Part shown: piece after piece, positions 17,856 through 28,456 of the stretch
How the letters are laid out: each line of letters starts with the position of its first letter
Numbering within the stretch: the stretch's first letter is position 1
DNA from: a virus
Lineage: Duplodnaviria; Caudoviricetes
Strand: one strand, 5' to 3'
IMG/VR virus record: IMGVR_UViG_3300020374_000007
Coordinates: 1 to 44,277 of that record
DNA length: 44,277 bases
The notes under the pieces: generated by a model
What the model saw: the letters and a program-made list of their open reading frames with translations, nothing else
Told to the model about the DNA's origin: nothing
The model's database searches: none
Position numbers and translations under genes: made by a program

Positions 17856-20800
17856 ATGCCACAAAATACTAACTTAAACGTTTCTCCATATTTCGATGAT
17901 TTTAATGAAAATAAAAATTATCATAAGGTATTGTTTAAACCTGGTTTTCCAGTTCAAGCAAGAGAGTTAACAACACTACAATCAATATTACAAAATCAAG
18001 TTGAAAAATTTGGAAGACATTTTTTCAAAGAAGGTTCAATGGTTATACCTGGTGGAACTTTTTATGATACCAGTTATTTTGCGGTAAAAATAGACCCAAA
18101 TTTTTTAAATATTCCAGTTAATAGTTACACGAAATTTTTAGTAGACAATAATATAAAAATACAAGGAGAAACATCTGGTGTTGAAGCCACAGTGGTCAAT
18201 AGATTGACTGCATCCGAATCAATTGATGGATTTGACACTTTATATGTAAAGTACTCTAAATCTGGATCAGACGGGACTACAAGGACATTTCAGGATGGTG
18301 AAAATTTAATAACTCTTTCAGGAATTACATTTGCAAATACAAGCATTGCAGCGAATAGTCAATTTGCAAGATGTATAGTTACAAACTCAACCTCAACAGG
18401 ATCATCATTCTCTATTAATGAAGGTGTATATTTTGTTCGTGGATTTTTTGTAAAAACAGTTGCATCTACAGCAATTTTAGATCAATATAGTAACTCTCCA
18501 AGTTATAGAGTTGGATTTTTAATAAAGGAAGAAAAATCAAGTGCATCTTCAACTAATTCTGATTTATACGATAATGCTTTAGGTTTTTCAAATGAGGCTG
18601 CACCTGGTGCAGATAGATTAAAAATATCTTTAACTCTTCATAAAAAATCTTTAACTGATATTGATGATAAAGATTTTGTTGAATTGATGAGAGTTGAAAA
18701 TGGTTACGTTAAAGAGATGGTAACCACAACTGAATATAATATTTTTGCAAAAGAGTTAGCAAGACGAACTTATGACGAATCTGGAGATTATTACGTAAAA
18801 CCATTTTCTGTAGACGTAAAAGAGTCATTAAATGATAGACTTGGAAATAGGGGAATATATTTTGATACTCAACAGACTCAAAATGGAAATACACCATCAG
18901 ATGATATTATCAGTTTACAAGTTTCTTCAGGAAGGGCGTATGTAAGGGGTTATGAGATCGATAAAGTCGGATCAACGTCTATTGATGTATTTAAACCAAG
19001 AACGACCAAATTAGAGGAAAATATAAGCGTTCCAATAAGAATTGGAAAGTCAATAAACATAACAAATGTTCTTGGTTCTCCAGCTATTGGATTTAATGCA
19101 TCTTCATTAAAATTATTAGATAGAAGATTACTTGATTCTAGACAGCGTGATACTGGTGCAACAGTCATAGGTGATGTAAGACCATATGACTTTATGCAGA
19201 GAACTTCAGCAGGAATTGCAGTCACAACTTTTGATTTAAGATTTTATGATATGCAATTGTATACCGTTCTTACTGTAGCAAATACAATTACTACTGGTGT
19301 GGATTCTCATGTAAAAGGTAAATTTAGTGGAGCTGTTGGATATGTAGTTACAGCAGTAAATGGAACTTCAATGACACTTCGTGATGTTATTGGAGAGTTT
19401 CAAATAAACGAACCATTAATAGTTAACGGTCTTGAAATAGGTAATAATATTACAACGATTGTAGATAATAGTTTTGAAGACATAAAAGCAATTCATAGTA
19501 GCACAGGAGTTAGTGCAGGTACAACTAGTTTTGCTGCAAACTTAGTATTAGATCGTGACAAAGAAATATTCAGAGCTGGAGAGGAAATTAGTATTGTCTC
19601 TGGATTGCTTAAAAATCCATCTGTTAAGGATTACAGATCTTTAGTTAAAGTAAATGATATTATTGGTTTTGCTGGTAATTTTAATAGAACAGATGTAACT
19701 TTTAACCGAGTAAGTTCTATTGGTGCTGGTGGAACTAATTTTCAAATGGAAGCAGTTGCTACTGTTGATGGTGTATGTGATGGTGTTATTGGTAATATAT
19801 CACCAAATCATGTTTCAGTTAAAATACCAACACTAACTCAAGCAGATGATCCTGGTTTTAGAGTTAAACTGACAGATGATTTTGTTTCATCAATGAATGT
19901 ACTGGATAGTTCATATATTATAAGAAAACAAATTACAAAAACCAGTTTTACTAATAGTCAAGTTATTTTTAATATTTCGGACATCAGTGGTCTTAATACT
20001 GATGATTTATTCTTTGAACCATTTACTCAAACAAATTATGCTTTAGAAGTTGATACAAGCACAGATTTAGGTTTTATGCAAAAACTAGATAGTGCGATGG
20101 TAGAGGTATCTACAAACCTTAAAACTATTACTATAAGTGGATTATCAAAAGTAACTGGTGACGCAGTATTAACAGCAACTGTTAGAAGAAGTAAATTATC
20201 ATCAAAAGAAAAATCAATCGTAAGATGCAGTGATTTAGTAATAACAAAATCAGAATCAACTGGATCTGGTATTGGAGCAACATCTTTAGATGATGGTTTG
20301 ACTTACGGACAATACTATGGAACAAGAGTTCAAGATGAGGAAATTTCATTAAATGTTCCAGAAGTATCTCGTGTATTGGCAATTTTTGAATCAAATGATA
20401 CAAATAATCCAGACTTACCAACTCTTATTGCAACAGATGCAACAGCAACATTTACAGGAAACGTAACTGTAGGAGAACAATTTATTGGTGGATCTTCAGG
20501 TGCTGTGGCTCGTGTTGTATCTGTTGTATCAGGAACTTCTATCTCATTTGTTTATGAAAATCAAAATACCTTTGAGATAGGAGAAAATATATCACTTAAA
20601 ACATCTGGAATATTCGCATCATTAACCAGTGTTCTACCTGGTGATCGAAACATACTTCAAAATTATACTTTAGATGATGGTCAGAAATTAGAATTTGCAG
20701 ATTATTCTCGAATTGTAAGAAAGTCTGAAGCAGAAAAACCAACTCGTAAATTAAGAATTATTTTTGATTACTTACTTAATAACGAGACTACAGGAACTAT

Positions 20801-23800
20801 TGAAACAGTTAATAGTTATAATACACTAAGTTACAGTAAAGATATACCATTTGTTTTTGATAGATTTGCTTCTGATTTCATTGATTTCAGACCTAGAGTA
20901 GTACCATTTACAGCGAACAATAAATCACCATTCTCATTTGGATCTAGATCTTTTTCTTCAACACAATCTGAAGTAGTAGCATCTAATGAAACTGTTGTAG
21001 TTGATTATTCTTACTATCAAGGTAGAGTTGATAGATTATACCTAACAAAAGATAAAGTATTTACTGTAAAGGAAGGAACTCCATCAAGACTTCCCAAATT
21101 ACCATTACCAAATGAGGAAGCTTTTGAAGTTGCTTCAATTTCATATCCTCCATATGTTCGAAATGCAAGTAAAGAGGTTACTGTAAAGAAAGTTAAACAT
21201 AAGAGATATACAATGAAAGATATTGGTAGTCTCGAACATAGAATTAAAAATTTAGAAAATTATACAACATTATCATTATTAGAAACTGACACTAAAAATT
21301 TATCAATTAAAGATCCAAACACTGGATTAGATAAATTTAAATCTGGTTTTTTCGTAGATAATTTTAAAGATCATTTGATTCATAATTTAAAAGGAGAATC
21401 TAAATTTGATATTGATCTTGTAAGAGGTGAGTGTAGACCAAGATCAACAGAAAGAAATGTCGCTCTAATACATGAAACAAAGAGTACAATTTCAAATCCA
21501 ATCACTACTGATTACAGATGGAGTGAAGATTTTGTAGATGGAAATGTTACAAGAAATGGGCCTGCTTTAATTCTTAAACATACTGATGTAGAATTCATAT
21601 CACAACCCTTTGCAACAACAACTGAAAATCTCAATCCTTTCCATATAGCATTATTTGCAGGAACAATACAATTAAGTCCTGAATCAGATTTTTGGATTGA
21701 GGAAGTTCCTCTTGGAGCTCCAGACATCTTTAGTATTGATACTGGAGTTAGTGCATTTGCTGCTGTATTGGGTATTGATGATAGAGAAAATGGTGGAATG
21801 GCATCTTCTGTTTGGAATTCACATGAACAAAGTTGGAATGGTAGAGATAGTGCAACATTCCTTGGTGAAGAAATTACTGATTCTCAAGTTTTATCATCAA
21901 ATACAAATGTAGAACGTCTTTCTGGTAATGGTATAAGACAAATTACAACCACTACTCAAGAGTTATTGAATACAATTACTCAAACATTTGAAGAAACTGG
22001 TATAGAGAGAACATTTGGTCTTGAATTGACACCTAATGAACAAGTTATTGATTTAGGCAATAAAGTTCTTGGTGTAGATGTATTGTATAATGTTAGATCT
22101 AGAAATATTGAAATTGTTGGAAAAAGACTAAAACCGAATACAAGATATTATGTATTCATGGAAAATCAAGATATGACAGCATATGCTGTTCCAAAACTTC
22201 TTCCAGTCGTTATGTCAAGAGGATCATTCTCGACTGGTGATTTGATGTATAGTGTAGAACATCCACCAGGAACTGCTGGCAAAGCAAGTATTCATTTTAG
22301 ACTTACTGATTCAAATCATAAAATAGGCCCATTTAATGATCCCACAGAAACATATACAACAAATCCATATGATTCAACATCTTTACCTGCAACTTACTCT
22401 AGTACAAGTACAATTTTAAATGTTGATACTGGTGGATTATCATTCTTCACTGAAGCAGATCATATTGGATATGTTAAAAAGGGAATGACCTTAGTTAATA
22501 AAGATGGTGATGCAGAAGCAGTTATCAGTGATTTAAGTTTAGTTAGTGATGCTAATGGAAATTTGATCTTTTCATTACACATACCTGATCCAACTGTAGA
22601 GGGAAATCCTTTATTCAGCACTGGAAACAATACAATCAGAATCACCACAAGTGCAACTAATGCAAGCGTATTAGATCCTGGTGAAAGTTCTGCAGAAACA
22701 GATTATCTTGCAACTGGTTATCAAACAAATACACAGGAACAAACATTATCAATTACGACACCTCAAATTGAAAGTAAACAAATTGGTTCTGATCAACCAA
22801 TATCTAGATTATTTACAGAAACTAGAACGGAAGAAGATACTGTAACAAATGTTACTGATACTGGTTGGTATGATCCTTTAGCTCAATCATTCTTAGTTGA
22901 GAGGGATCAATATCAAGATGGTATCTTTATAACAGGTGGTGAATTATATTTCAAAACTAAAGACAATGAAGTTCCTGTAACTGTGCAGATAAGAACTATG
23001 AGAGATGGTACACCAACAACTACAATTTTACCGTTTGGTGAAATGCAGATTAATCCTGCAGATGTCAATGCTTCTGATGATCCAACTGTAGCAACTAACT
23101 TTAGATTTGATACACCAGTTTATTTACAAAGCGGATATGAGTATGCGTTAGTTTTAGTAGCACCAACTGAAAAATATCTTACTTACATTACTAGAATGGG
23201 TGAAGAGGATTTAGTTCTTCAGTCTGTAAGTAATAGGCAACCATATCTTGGATCATTGTTTAAATCACAAAACAGTTCCACTTGGACACCAAGTCAGTTA
23301 GAAGATCTTAAGTTTAAACTTAACAAGGCACAATTTGTGGCTAATACACCATCCAGTGTTCTTCTTCGTAATAGTAAATTACCACTACAAAAAATTAGAA
23401 AAACCAATCCAGTTACTTCATTCTCAAAGAGAATAACTATTGGAATCGGAGAAACTACAATATCATTTACTCCTGGAGCTGAAGTTACACAAGGAACAAA
23501 CACTGGTAGAATATTTTCATCTGGTGGAAAAATATCTATAGCAGGATCTGGAACAGTTGAAATTGTTGCAAATACTGGAATTGGATTAACTGATGGAACC
23601 TTTGCGGGAATTGGATTCACTACTTTAACAGGATCTGGATCTGGAGCAGTTGGAGTTGTAACAGTAGCATCTAATGCTATCAACACAACCACTGGTATTA
23701 CAATTACAAATGGTGGTACTGGATATCAAGTAGGTGATTTATTACTTATGAATAATGTTGGATTCAATGGTTCTGGAGTAAGAGCAGTTGTTAAGACTAT

Positions 23801-25184
23801 TACTAATACAAATCAATTAATTGTAGATGAAGTTGAAGACACTTTTGTAGATTCAGCAAGTATAACTTACATCGAAACAAATGGAACAAATTTCATTATC
23901 AATGCTGGTGATGTAACTGGAATTAGTTCTGATCCAATTAGAGATGGTTATACTCTCAAATTTGATCATAGAAATCATGGAATGCACTCTAGTACAAACA
24001 AAGTAAGAGTTTCCAATTTCCATCCTGATGCAAAACCAACACTCATAACTTCAAGTATAGATGATGATAGTACAACAATTGATCTTACAAGTGGAACTGA
24101 CTTTACAACCTTCGAAGGAACTGCGGTTGGAGCTGGACATACTGGATATTTACTAATAGACAGAGAAATTATTTCATATAATTCTATTTCAAATAACCAA
24201 ATAACAATTGCAACAAGATCTACTGATTCAAGTTTCAAATCTAACCATAGTGCATCAACTCTAGCTCGTAAGTACGAGTTTAATGGTGTATCTCTAAGAA
24301 GGATCAATACAGATCATAATATAGATTCCAGAGAAAAAACTTTTGATAGTTATTATTTAAAAGTTCCTAGTGAGGGTCAAACATTCCAAAAAACCAAAAC
24401 TGGAGGGGGAAGTGAACTTCACGTGTCACAAAACGTTCCTTTTGAAATCATCGATCCAAGAATTACATCAATAACACCTACTGGAACTAATATAACAGGA
24501 AGAATCAAAACAACATCTGGAACAAGTTTGAGTGGTAATGAAGCATCATTTGTAGATAAAGGTTATGAACCCGTATCTCTCAATCAATTAAATTATCTTA
24601 ACAGTCCAAGAATAGTTACATCAGAAATAAACGAATTTGATTTATTGGGTAATCAAAAATCTTTTGGTCTCGAATTGACTCTTTCAACAACAAAAGAGGA
24701 TGTATCTCCAGTTATTGATTTAAATACTTTGAACATTATTGCAATAAGTAATTTAGTTGATGATAAGGTAACTAATTTTGAAACTGATAGTAGACCAAAA
24801 CTATCTGGTTTAGATCCAAACACTGCCATATATGAAACTCAAAAAATTAACTTAGAATTTGTTTCAAATTCGATATTTGTCCAATTTGATGGACATAGAG
24901 AGGCAGAGGGTGAGTTTAGAGTCTTCTATAAGATATTCAGAAACGATGGTGATGATAAGAATCAAAACTACATACCATTTAATGGAAATGGATTACCAGA
25001 CAAGACTGTAAATGCAAATGCTTTTAGAAATGCGTTTAGTGAATATAAGTTTACTGTTGAAAACACTGCACAGTTTAGTGGTTTTATGATTAAAGTTGTG
25101 ATGACATCTACTAGTCAAGCAAAACCACCTAGACTTAAGAACTTTAGAGCAATCGCACTTAGATCATTCGAAATTGACGACTAA
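17856..25184 (+). CDS. Large virion structural protein, VrlC-like/DUF4815-like (2442 aa)
   Basis: NLNVSPYFDDF..VLFKPGFPVQARELT.LQSILQNQ, APGADRLKI, LARRTYDESGDY, DPLAQSF motifs. Confidence 0.88.
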   Translation: MPQNTNLNVSPYFDDFNENKNYHKVLFKPGFPVQARELTTLQSILQNQVEKFGRHFFKEGSMVIPGGTFYDTSYFAVKIDPNFLNIPVNSYTKFLVDNNIKIQGETSGVEATVVNRLTASESIDGFDTLYVKYSKSGSDGTTRTFQDGENLITLSGITFANTSIAANSQFARCIVTNSTSTGSSFSINEGVYFVRGFFVKTVASTAILDQYSNSPSYRVGFLIKEEKSSASSTNSDLYDNALGFSNEAAPGADRLKISLTLHKKSLTDIDDKDFVELMRVENGYVKEMVTTTEYNIFAKELARRTYDESGDYYVKPFSVDVKESLNDRLGNRGIYFDTQQTQNGNTPSDDIISLQVSSGRAYVRGYEIDKVGSTSIDVFKPRTTKLEENISVPIRIGKSINITNVLGSPAIGFNASSLKLLDRRLLDSRQRDTGATVIGDVRPYDFMQRTSAGIAVTTFDLRFYDMQLYTVLTVANTITTGVDSHVKGKFSGAVGYVVTAVNGTSMTLRDVIGEFQINEPLIVNGLEIGNNITTIVDNSFEDIKAIHSSTGVSAGTTSFAANLVLDRDKEIFRAGEEISIVSGLLKNPSVKDYRSLVKVNDIIGFAGNFNRTDVTFNRVSSIGAGGTNFQMEAVATVDGVCDGVIGNISPNHVSVKIPTLTQADDPGFRVKLTDDFVSSMNVLDSSYIIRKQITKTSFTNSQVIFNISDISGLNTDDLFFEPFTQTNYALEVDTSTDLGFMQKLDSAMVEVSTNLKTITISGLSKVTGDAVLTATVRRSKLSSKEKSIVRCSDLVITKSESTGSGIGATSLDDGLTYGQYYGTRVQDEEISLNVPEVSRVLAIFESNDTNNPDLPTLIATDATATFTGNVTVGEQFIGGSSGAVARVVSVVSGTSISFVYENQNTFEIGENISLKTSGIFASLTSVLPGDRNILQNYTLDDGQKLEFADYSRIVRKSEAEKPTRKLRIIFDYLLNNETTGTIETVNSYNTLSYSKDIPFVFDRFASDFIDFRPRVVPFTANNKSPFSFGSRSFSSTQSEVVASNETVVVDYSYYQGRVDRLYLTKDKVFTVKEGTPSRLPKLPLPNEEAFEVASISYPPYVRNASKEVTVKKVKHKRYTMKDIGSLEHRIKNLENYTTLSLLETDTKNLSIKDPNTGLDKFKSGFFVDNFKDHLIHNLKGESKFDIDLVRGECRPRSTERNVALIHETKSTISNPITTDYRWSEDFVDGNVTRNGPALILKHTDVEFISQPFATTTENLNPFHIALFAGTIQLSPESDFWIEEVPLGAPDIFSIDTGVSAFAAVLGIDDRENGGMASSVWNSHEQSWNGRDSATFLGEEITDSQVLSSNTNVERLSGNGIRQITTTTQELLNTITQTFEETGIERTFGLELTPNEQVIDLGNKVLGVDVLYNVRSRNIEIVGKRLKPNTRYYVFMENQDMTAYAVPKLLPVVMSRGSFSTGDLMYSVEHPPGTAGKASIHFRLTDSNHKIGPFNDPTETYTTNPYDSTSLPATYSSTSTILNVDTGGLSFFTEADHIGYVKKGMTLVNKDGDAEAVISDLSLVSDANGNLIFSLHIPDPTVEGNPLFSTGNNTIRITTSATNASVLDPGESSAETDYLATGYQTNTQEQTLSITTPQIESKQIGSDQPISRLFTETRTEEDTVTNVTDTGWYDPLAQSFLVERDQYQDGIFITGGELYFKTKDNEVPVTVQIRTMRDGTPTTTILPFGEMQINPADVNASDDPTVATNFRFDTPVYLQSGYEYALVLVAPTEKYLTYITRMGEEDLVLQSVSNRQPYLGSLFKSQNSSTWTPSQLEDLKFKLNKAQFVANTPSSVLLRNSKLPLQKIRKTNPVTSFSKRITIGIGETTISFTPGAEVTQGTNTGRIFSSGGKISIAGSGTVEIVANTGIGLTDGTFAGIGFTTLTGSGSGAVGVVTVASNAINTTTGITITNGGTGYQVGDLLLMNNVGFNGSGVRAVVKTITNTNQLIVDEVEDTFVDSASITYIETNGTNFIINAGDVTGISSDPIRDGYTLKFDHRNHGMHSSTNKVRVSNFHPDAKPTLITSSIDDDSTTIDLTSGTDFTTFEGTAVGAGHTGYLLIDREIISYNSISNNQITIATRSTDSSFKSNHSASTLARKYEFNGVSLRRINTDHNIDSREKTFDSYYLKVPSEGQTFQKTKTGGGSELHVSQNVPFEIIDPRITSITPTGTNITGRIKTTSGTSLSGNEASFVDKGYEPVSLNQLNYLNSPRIVTSEINEFDLLGNQKSFGLELTLSTTKEDVSPVIDLNTLNIIAISNLVDDKVTNFETDSRPKLSGLDPNTAIYETQKINLEFVSNSIFVQFDGHREAEGEFRVFYKIFRNDGDDKNQNYIPFNGNGLPDKTVNANAFRNAFSEYKFTVENTAQFSGFMIKVVMTSTSQAKPPRLKNFRAIALRSFEIDD

Positions 25185-25408
25185 TGAACAAATACATAAA
25201 AGTTAAGTCTGATGTTTCTCTTGTTAGAGATATGGACTCAAATGCAATTATCAGTCAAAATAAGAGTGAATTTGATAAATTTGTAAAACTTTCTCAAAAA
25301 AAGTATGAGGAAAAACGAAAATTTGATAATATGCGTAGTGATTTGGATTCTCTAAAACAGGATATGGATGAGATAAAAACTCTTCTTAGAAATATTATGG
25401 ATAAATGA
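25184..25408 (+). CDS. Small coiled-coil hypothetical protein
   Basis: Coupled to the upstream gene; LVRD..S.AII plus a heptad-rich C-terminus. Confidence 0.8.
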   Translation: MNKYIKVKSDVSLVRDMDSNAIISQNKSEFDKFVKLSQKKYEEKRKFDNMRSDLDSLKQDMDEIKTLLRNIMDK

Positions 25409-25410
25409 TT

Positions 25411-25418
25411 TATAAATA
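25411..25418 (+). promoter_or_regulatory. T4 late promoter TATAAATA
   Basis: Exact consensus, intergenic. Confidence 0.8.
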
Positions 25419-25447
25419 TTCTAAGACAGATTCTAATTAGTTAAATA

Positions 25448-25786
25448 ATGGCAGCATATATTAGTAACATAGTAATTGATGCTGGAGCTGACTTTGATCA
25501 AACTTTTAATTTAGAAAGTTCATCAAATGCACCACTCGACTTAAGTGGTTACTCAGCTACTTCGAAATTAAAAAAACATCCTGCTTCTTTAAATGAGAAA
25601 GCAAGTTTTTCTGTTTCATTTCCTAACCGCACTTTAGGACAATTGAAGATATCATTGGGATCTTCTGTCACATCTGCTTTAAAAGCAGGTAGATACAGTT
25701 ATGATGTATTATTAAATGATGGTTCTATAAAAACAAGAATTGTTAGTGGGAGTGCAATAATTACTGCTGGAGTCACTACAGGTTAA
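25448..25786 (+). CDS. Small beta-sandwich virion/fibre adaptor-like protein
   Basis: NIVIDAGADF..F.L, LDLSGY, TSALKAGRYSYDVLL, RIVSG; late promoter upstream. Confidence 0.75.
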   Translation: MAAYISNIVIDAGADFDQTFNLESSSNAPLDLSGYSATSKLKKHPASLNEKASFSVSFPNRTLGQLKISLGSSVTSALKAGRYSYDVLLNDGSIKTRIVSGSAIITAGVTTG

Positions 25787-25791
25787 TTAAC

Positions 25792-26019
25792 ATGGCGAAT
25801 ATTAAAGTCAGAGTTGGATCACAAAATGCTAATAAAGTTATATCCTCATTATCTGGAGGTGGTGACAGTTTGGCTCAATTATCAGATGTGGACATATCTG
25901 GTGGACTACAGAATGGAATGGTTTTAGTTTTTAATTCGACAACAAGTAAATTTGAAGCAACTTTAGAATTAACACCAGGAGCAACACAAAATTTAAACAT
26001 TAATGGGGGAAGTTTCTAA
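25792..26019 (+). CDS. Small structural-type protein ending INGGSF
   Basis: L.QLSDVD...NG.VLVFN....KF fibre-type motif. Confidence 0.75.
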   Translation: MANIKVRVGSQNANKVISSLSGGGDSLAQLSDVDISGGLQNGMVLVFNSTTSKFEATLELTPGATQNLNINGGSF

Positions 26020-27459
26020 ATGGCCAGCATAATACGAGTAAAAAGATCGACTGGCAATGTTGCTCCAGCTAGTATAAACTATGGTGAACTTGCAGTCACG
26101 ATTGCGAACGGAACACAAGGAAATTTAGGTTCAAGACTGTTTGTTGGAGATAATACAAATCCAGATCCAAATCCAATAGTTATCGGTGGTAAGTACTACA
26201 CCGATATGATGAGTAATACACCAGGTACAGTTGCTGGTGGTGCGAATGCTAATAGTGGTACATTAGCAAACGGATTCATACCAATTCTTGAAAGAGAAAG
26301 TTCAGGACACCCAGGTGGAGGTTCTTCAGGTTTTGGAGAAGGTAGTAGCTCTGTAGGTAATATGCCACGAGTTAATCAGTGGAACGTAGATAATCTAACA
26401 ATAGATGGAAATACAATATACTCAAATGATAGTAATGGACATATAAAATTCGTAACTAACGGTAGTGGACAAGTTATTATTAATGATGATACTAAATTAT
26501 CATTTGGTCAAAACTCAGATTCAAGTATTGAGTACGATGAAGATGGAACGGATAAGGTTCAGGTAACTGGTGTAGGTTGGGTTTTCAATGATGTTCCTGT
26601 TGAAATAATAAATCCTGGTGCTGATGGTTTAATTATTGATAATATTGGAATTTCATCTAATGTAATTAGAAGTAGGTCTGGTGGAGGAAACACTTTATTC
26701 ATTGACCCATATCCAGATGGTTTGGATAGTGATGGAATGGTCATTATCAAAGGTAGTTTACAGGTTGATGGAACTACAACCACTGTTAACTCTACAAATA
26801 CATCATTAAATGATCCAATAATGAATATTGGTGATGTGACAAGTAAGAGAACTGTTTTAGCAATAGTTGGATCTGGAACATCTGCAATTCAACTTGATTC
26901 GATTACAGGTATTAACACAGGTGACACAATAAGTGGTAGTTCATCACTTCCAGGTGCTGGCACAACAACTATTAACTCATTTGTTGAATCTGCAGGTATC
27001 ACAACCGTATTCATTGATGGTCAAACAACAGCTGGAATTGGAGCAACAACACAGTTAACAATTACTCATGGATTTGATACAAATACTGATCGTGGTATTA
27101 GTTTTAATTATAATACAAGCACTGGAGTAGCAAACAACAAAACTGGATTCTTTGGATTTAATGATAGCACAGGTGAAAATAGTAATGCACCTGAAAGGTC
27201 TTTCACATATATTCCTGATGCTACTAACACTGGTAATGTTATAAGTGGTACGAAAGGTTTTCTAGATATCAAAGGAATTTATTTTCAGACTGGAGATTTC
27301 CATACTGCTGGTAATGGAGTTGTTTATTTCGACACCACTGGTAAAATGGTTGGTGCTGCTGGTACATCATCTGGCATAACTACTTCAAACTATATACTAA
27401 CAACGGATGCCAGTGGCATACCGAAGTGGACAACAACAATTGATGGAGGTCAATTCTGA
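26020..27459 (+). CDS. Fibre-like structural protein (479 aa)
   Basis: IIRVKRS....P...YGELA N-terminus typical of phage fibre attachment domains; GSLQVDGTTTTVNST; ends IDGGQF. Confidence 0.75.
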   Translation: MASIIRVKRSTGNVAPASINYGELAVTIANGTQGNLGSRLFVGDNTNPDPNPIVIGGKYYTDMMSNTPGTVAGGANANSGTLANGFIPILERESSGHPGGGSSGFGEGSSSVGNMPRVNQWNVDNLTIDGNTIYSNDSNGHIKFVTNGSGQVIINDDTKLSFGQNSDSSIEYDEDGTDKVQVTGVGWVFNDVPVEIINPGADGLIIDNIGISSNVIRSRSGGGNTLFIDPYPDGLDSDGMVIIKGSLQVDGTTTTVNSTNTSLNDPIMNIGDVTSKRTVLAIVGSGTSAIQLDSITGINTGDTISGSSSLPGAGTTTINSFVESAGITTVFIDGQTTAGIGATTQLTITHGFDTNTDRGISFNYNTSTGVANNKTGFFGFNDSTGENSNAPERSFTYIPDATNTGNVISGTKGFLDIKGIYFQTGDFHTAGNGVVYFDTTGKMVGAAGTSSGITTSNYILTTDASGIPKWTTTIDGGQF

Positions 27460-27463
27460 TACT

Positions 27464-27640
27464 ATGAACAGTGAAGTTGATGTGAATATTTTGATTAATC
27501 ATTACCATAAGAAATTATCAACATTAGTTAATCAAAATATATTGTTAGAGGCAAAAATGGAGTCTATGACAAAGGATTACATGCAATTAAAGCAACAATT
27601 TGAAGAGTTGCAAAAACCGAAAAGGGGAATTAAGAAATGA
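27464..27640 (+). CDS. Small coiled-coil hypothetical protein (58 aa)
   Basis: ATG at 27464 preferred over 27407 because it avoids overlap with the upstream gene; ATGA overlap with g13. Confidence 0.75.
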   Translation: MNSEVDVNILINHYHKKLSTLVNQNILLEAKMESMTKDYMQLKQQFEELQKPKRGIKK

Positions 27641-28452
27641 GTAAGCCATCCACAAGGCAAGGATTGATAGATTACTGTCTAAGAAGACTGGGTTATCCTG
27701 TGCTGGAAGTTAATGTGGATGATGATCAAATTGATGATCTAATTGACGATTCAATTCAATACTTTCAAGAAAGACATTTTGATGGTGTCGAAAGAATGTT
27801 ATTGAAACATGAAATTACAAAAGAAAATAGAGAAACATTAAAAACTGGAATTACAACAACCACAGCAAATTCTACAGTCGGTATAACTACAACAACATTT
27901 ACAGAGAGTCAAAACTTTATACAACTACCAGACCATGTATTGGGTGTAGAAAGAGTTCTTAAAATGGATGCAAGTACCATATCTAGTGGTATGTTTAATA
28001 TTAAGTATCAAATATTTTTGAATGACTTATATTACTATGGTGCACTTGATTTGATGAACTATGCAATGACTAAGACTTATTTGGAAGATTTAAGTCGTAT
28101 CATTACTCCAGATACACAATTAAGATTTAATAAAAAGAATCATAGACTATATCTTGATATTGATTTTGGGCAGATGTCTGATGATACATTCATTATCATT
28201 GATGGTTATCGTCTTTTAGATCCATCAGATGCACCTGCAATTTATAATGATTTTTGGTTAAAGAAATATGCGACAGCCGTAATTAAAAAACAATGGGGAA
28301 TGAATTTAATTAAATTTAATGGTGTATTATTACCTGGTGGAGTTCAATTGAATGGAAGACAAATATATGAAGATGCTATAAAAGAAATTGAAGAAATTGA
28401 ATACTCACTCAAAACAGAATACGAAATACCACCTCTTGATCTCATAGGATGA
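27637..28452 (+). CDS. g13: Neck protein gp13
   Basis: LIDYCLRRLGYPVLEVNVDDDQIDD, WLKKYATA..K.QWG.NL.KF.G..LPGGV.LNG. Confidence 0.95.
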   Translation: MSKPSTRQGLIDYCLRRLGYPVLEVNVDDDQIDDLIDDSIQYFQERHFDGVERMLLKHEITKENRETLKTGITTTTANSTVGITTTTFTESQNFIQLPDHVLGVERVLKMDASTISSGMFNIKYQIFLNDLYYYGALDLMNYAMTKTYLEDLSRIITPDTQLRFNKKNHRLYLDIDFGQMSDDTFIIIDGYRLLDPSDAPAIYNDFWLKKYATAVIKKQWGMNLIKFNGVLLPGGVQLNGRQIYEDAIKEIEEIEYSLKTEYEIPPLDLIG

Positions 28453-28456
28453 TATC

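Noticed and set aside
17856-25184. VrlC-like gene as a virulence factor
   Set aside because: The name is historical; homologues are routine structural genes at this position in marine T4-like phages.
27407-27463. Longer N-terminus for the gene before g13
   Set aside because: It would overlap the 3' end of the upstream fibre gene; the ATG at 27464 fits the tight gene packing.
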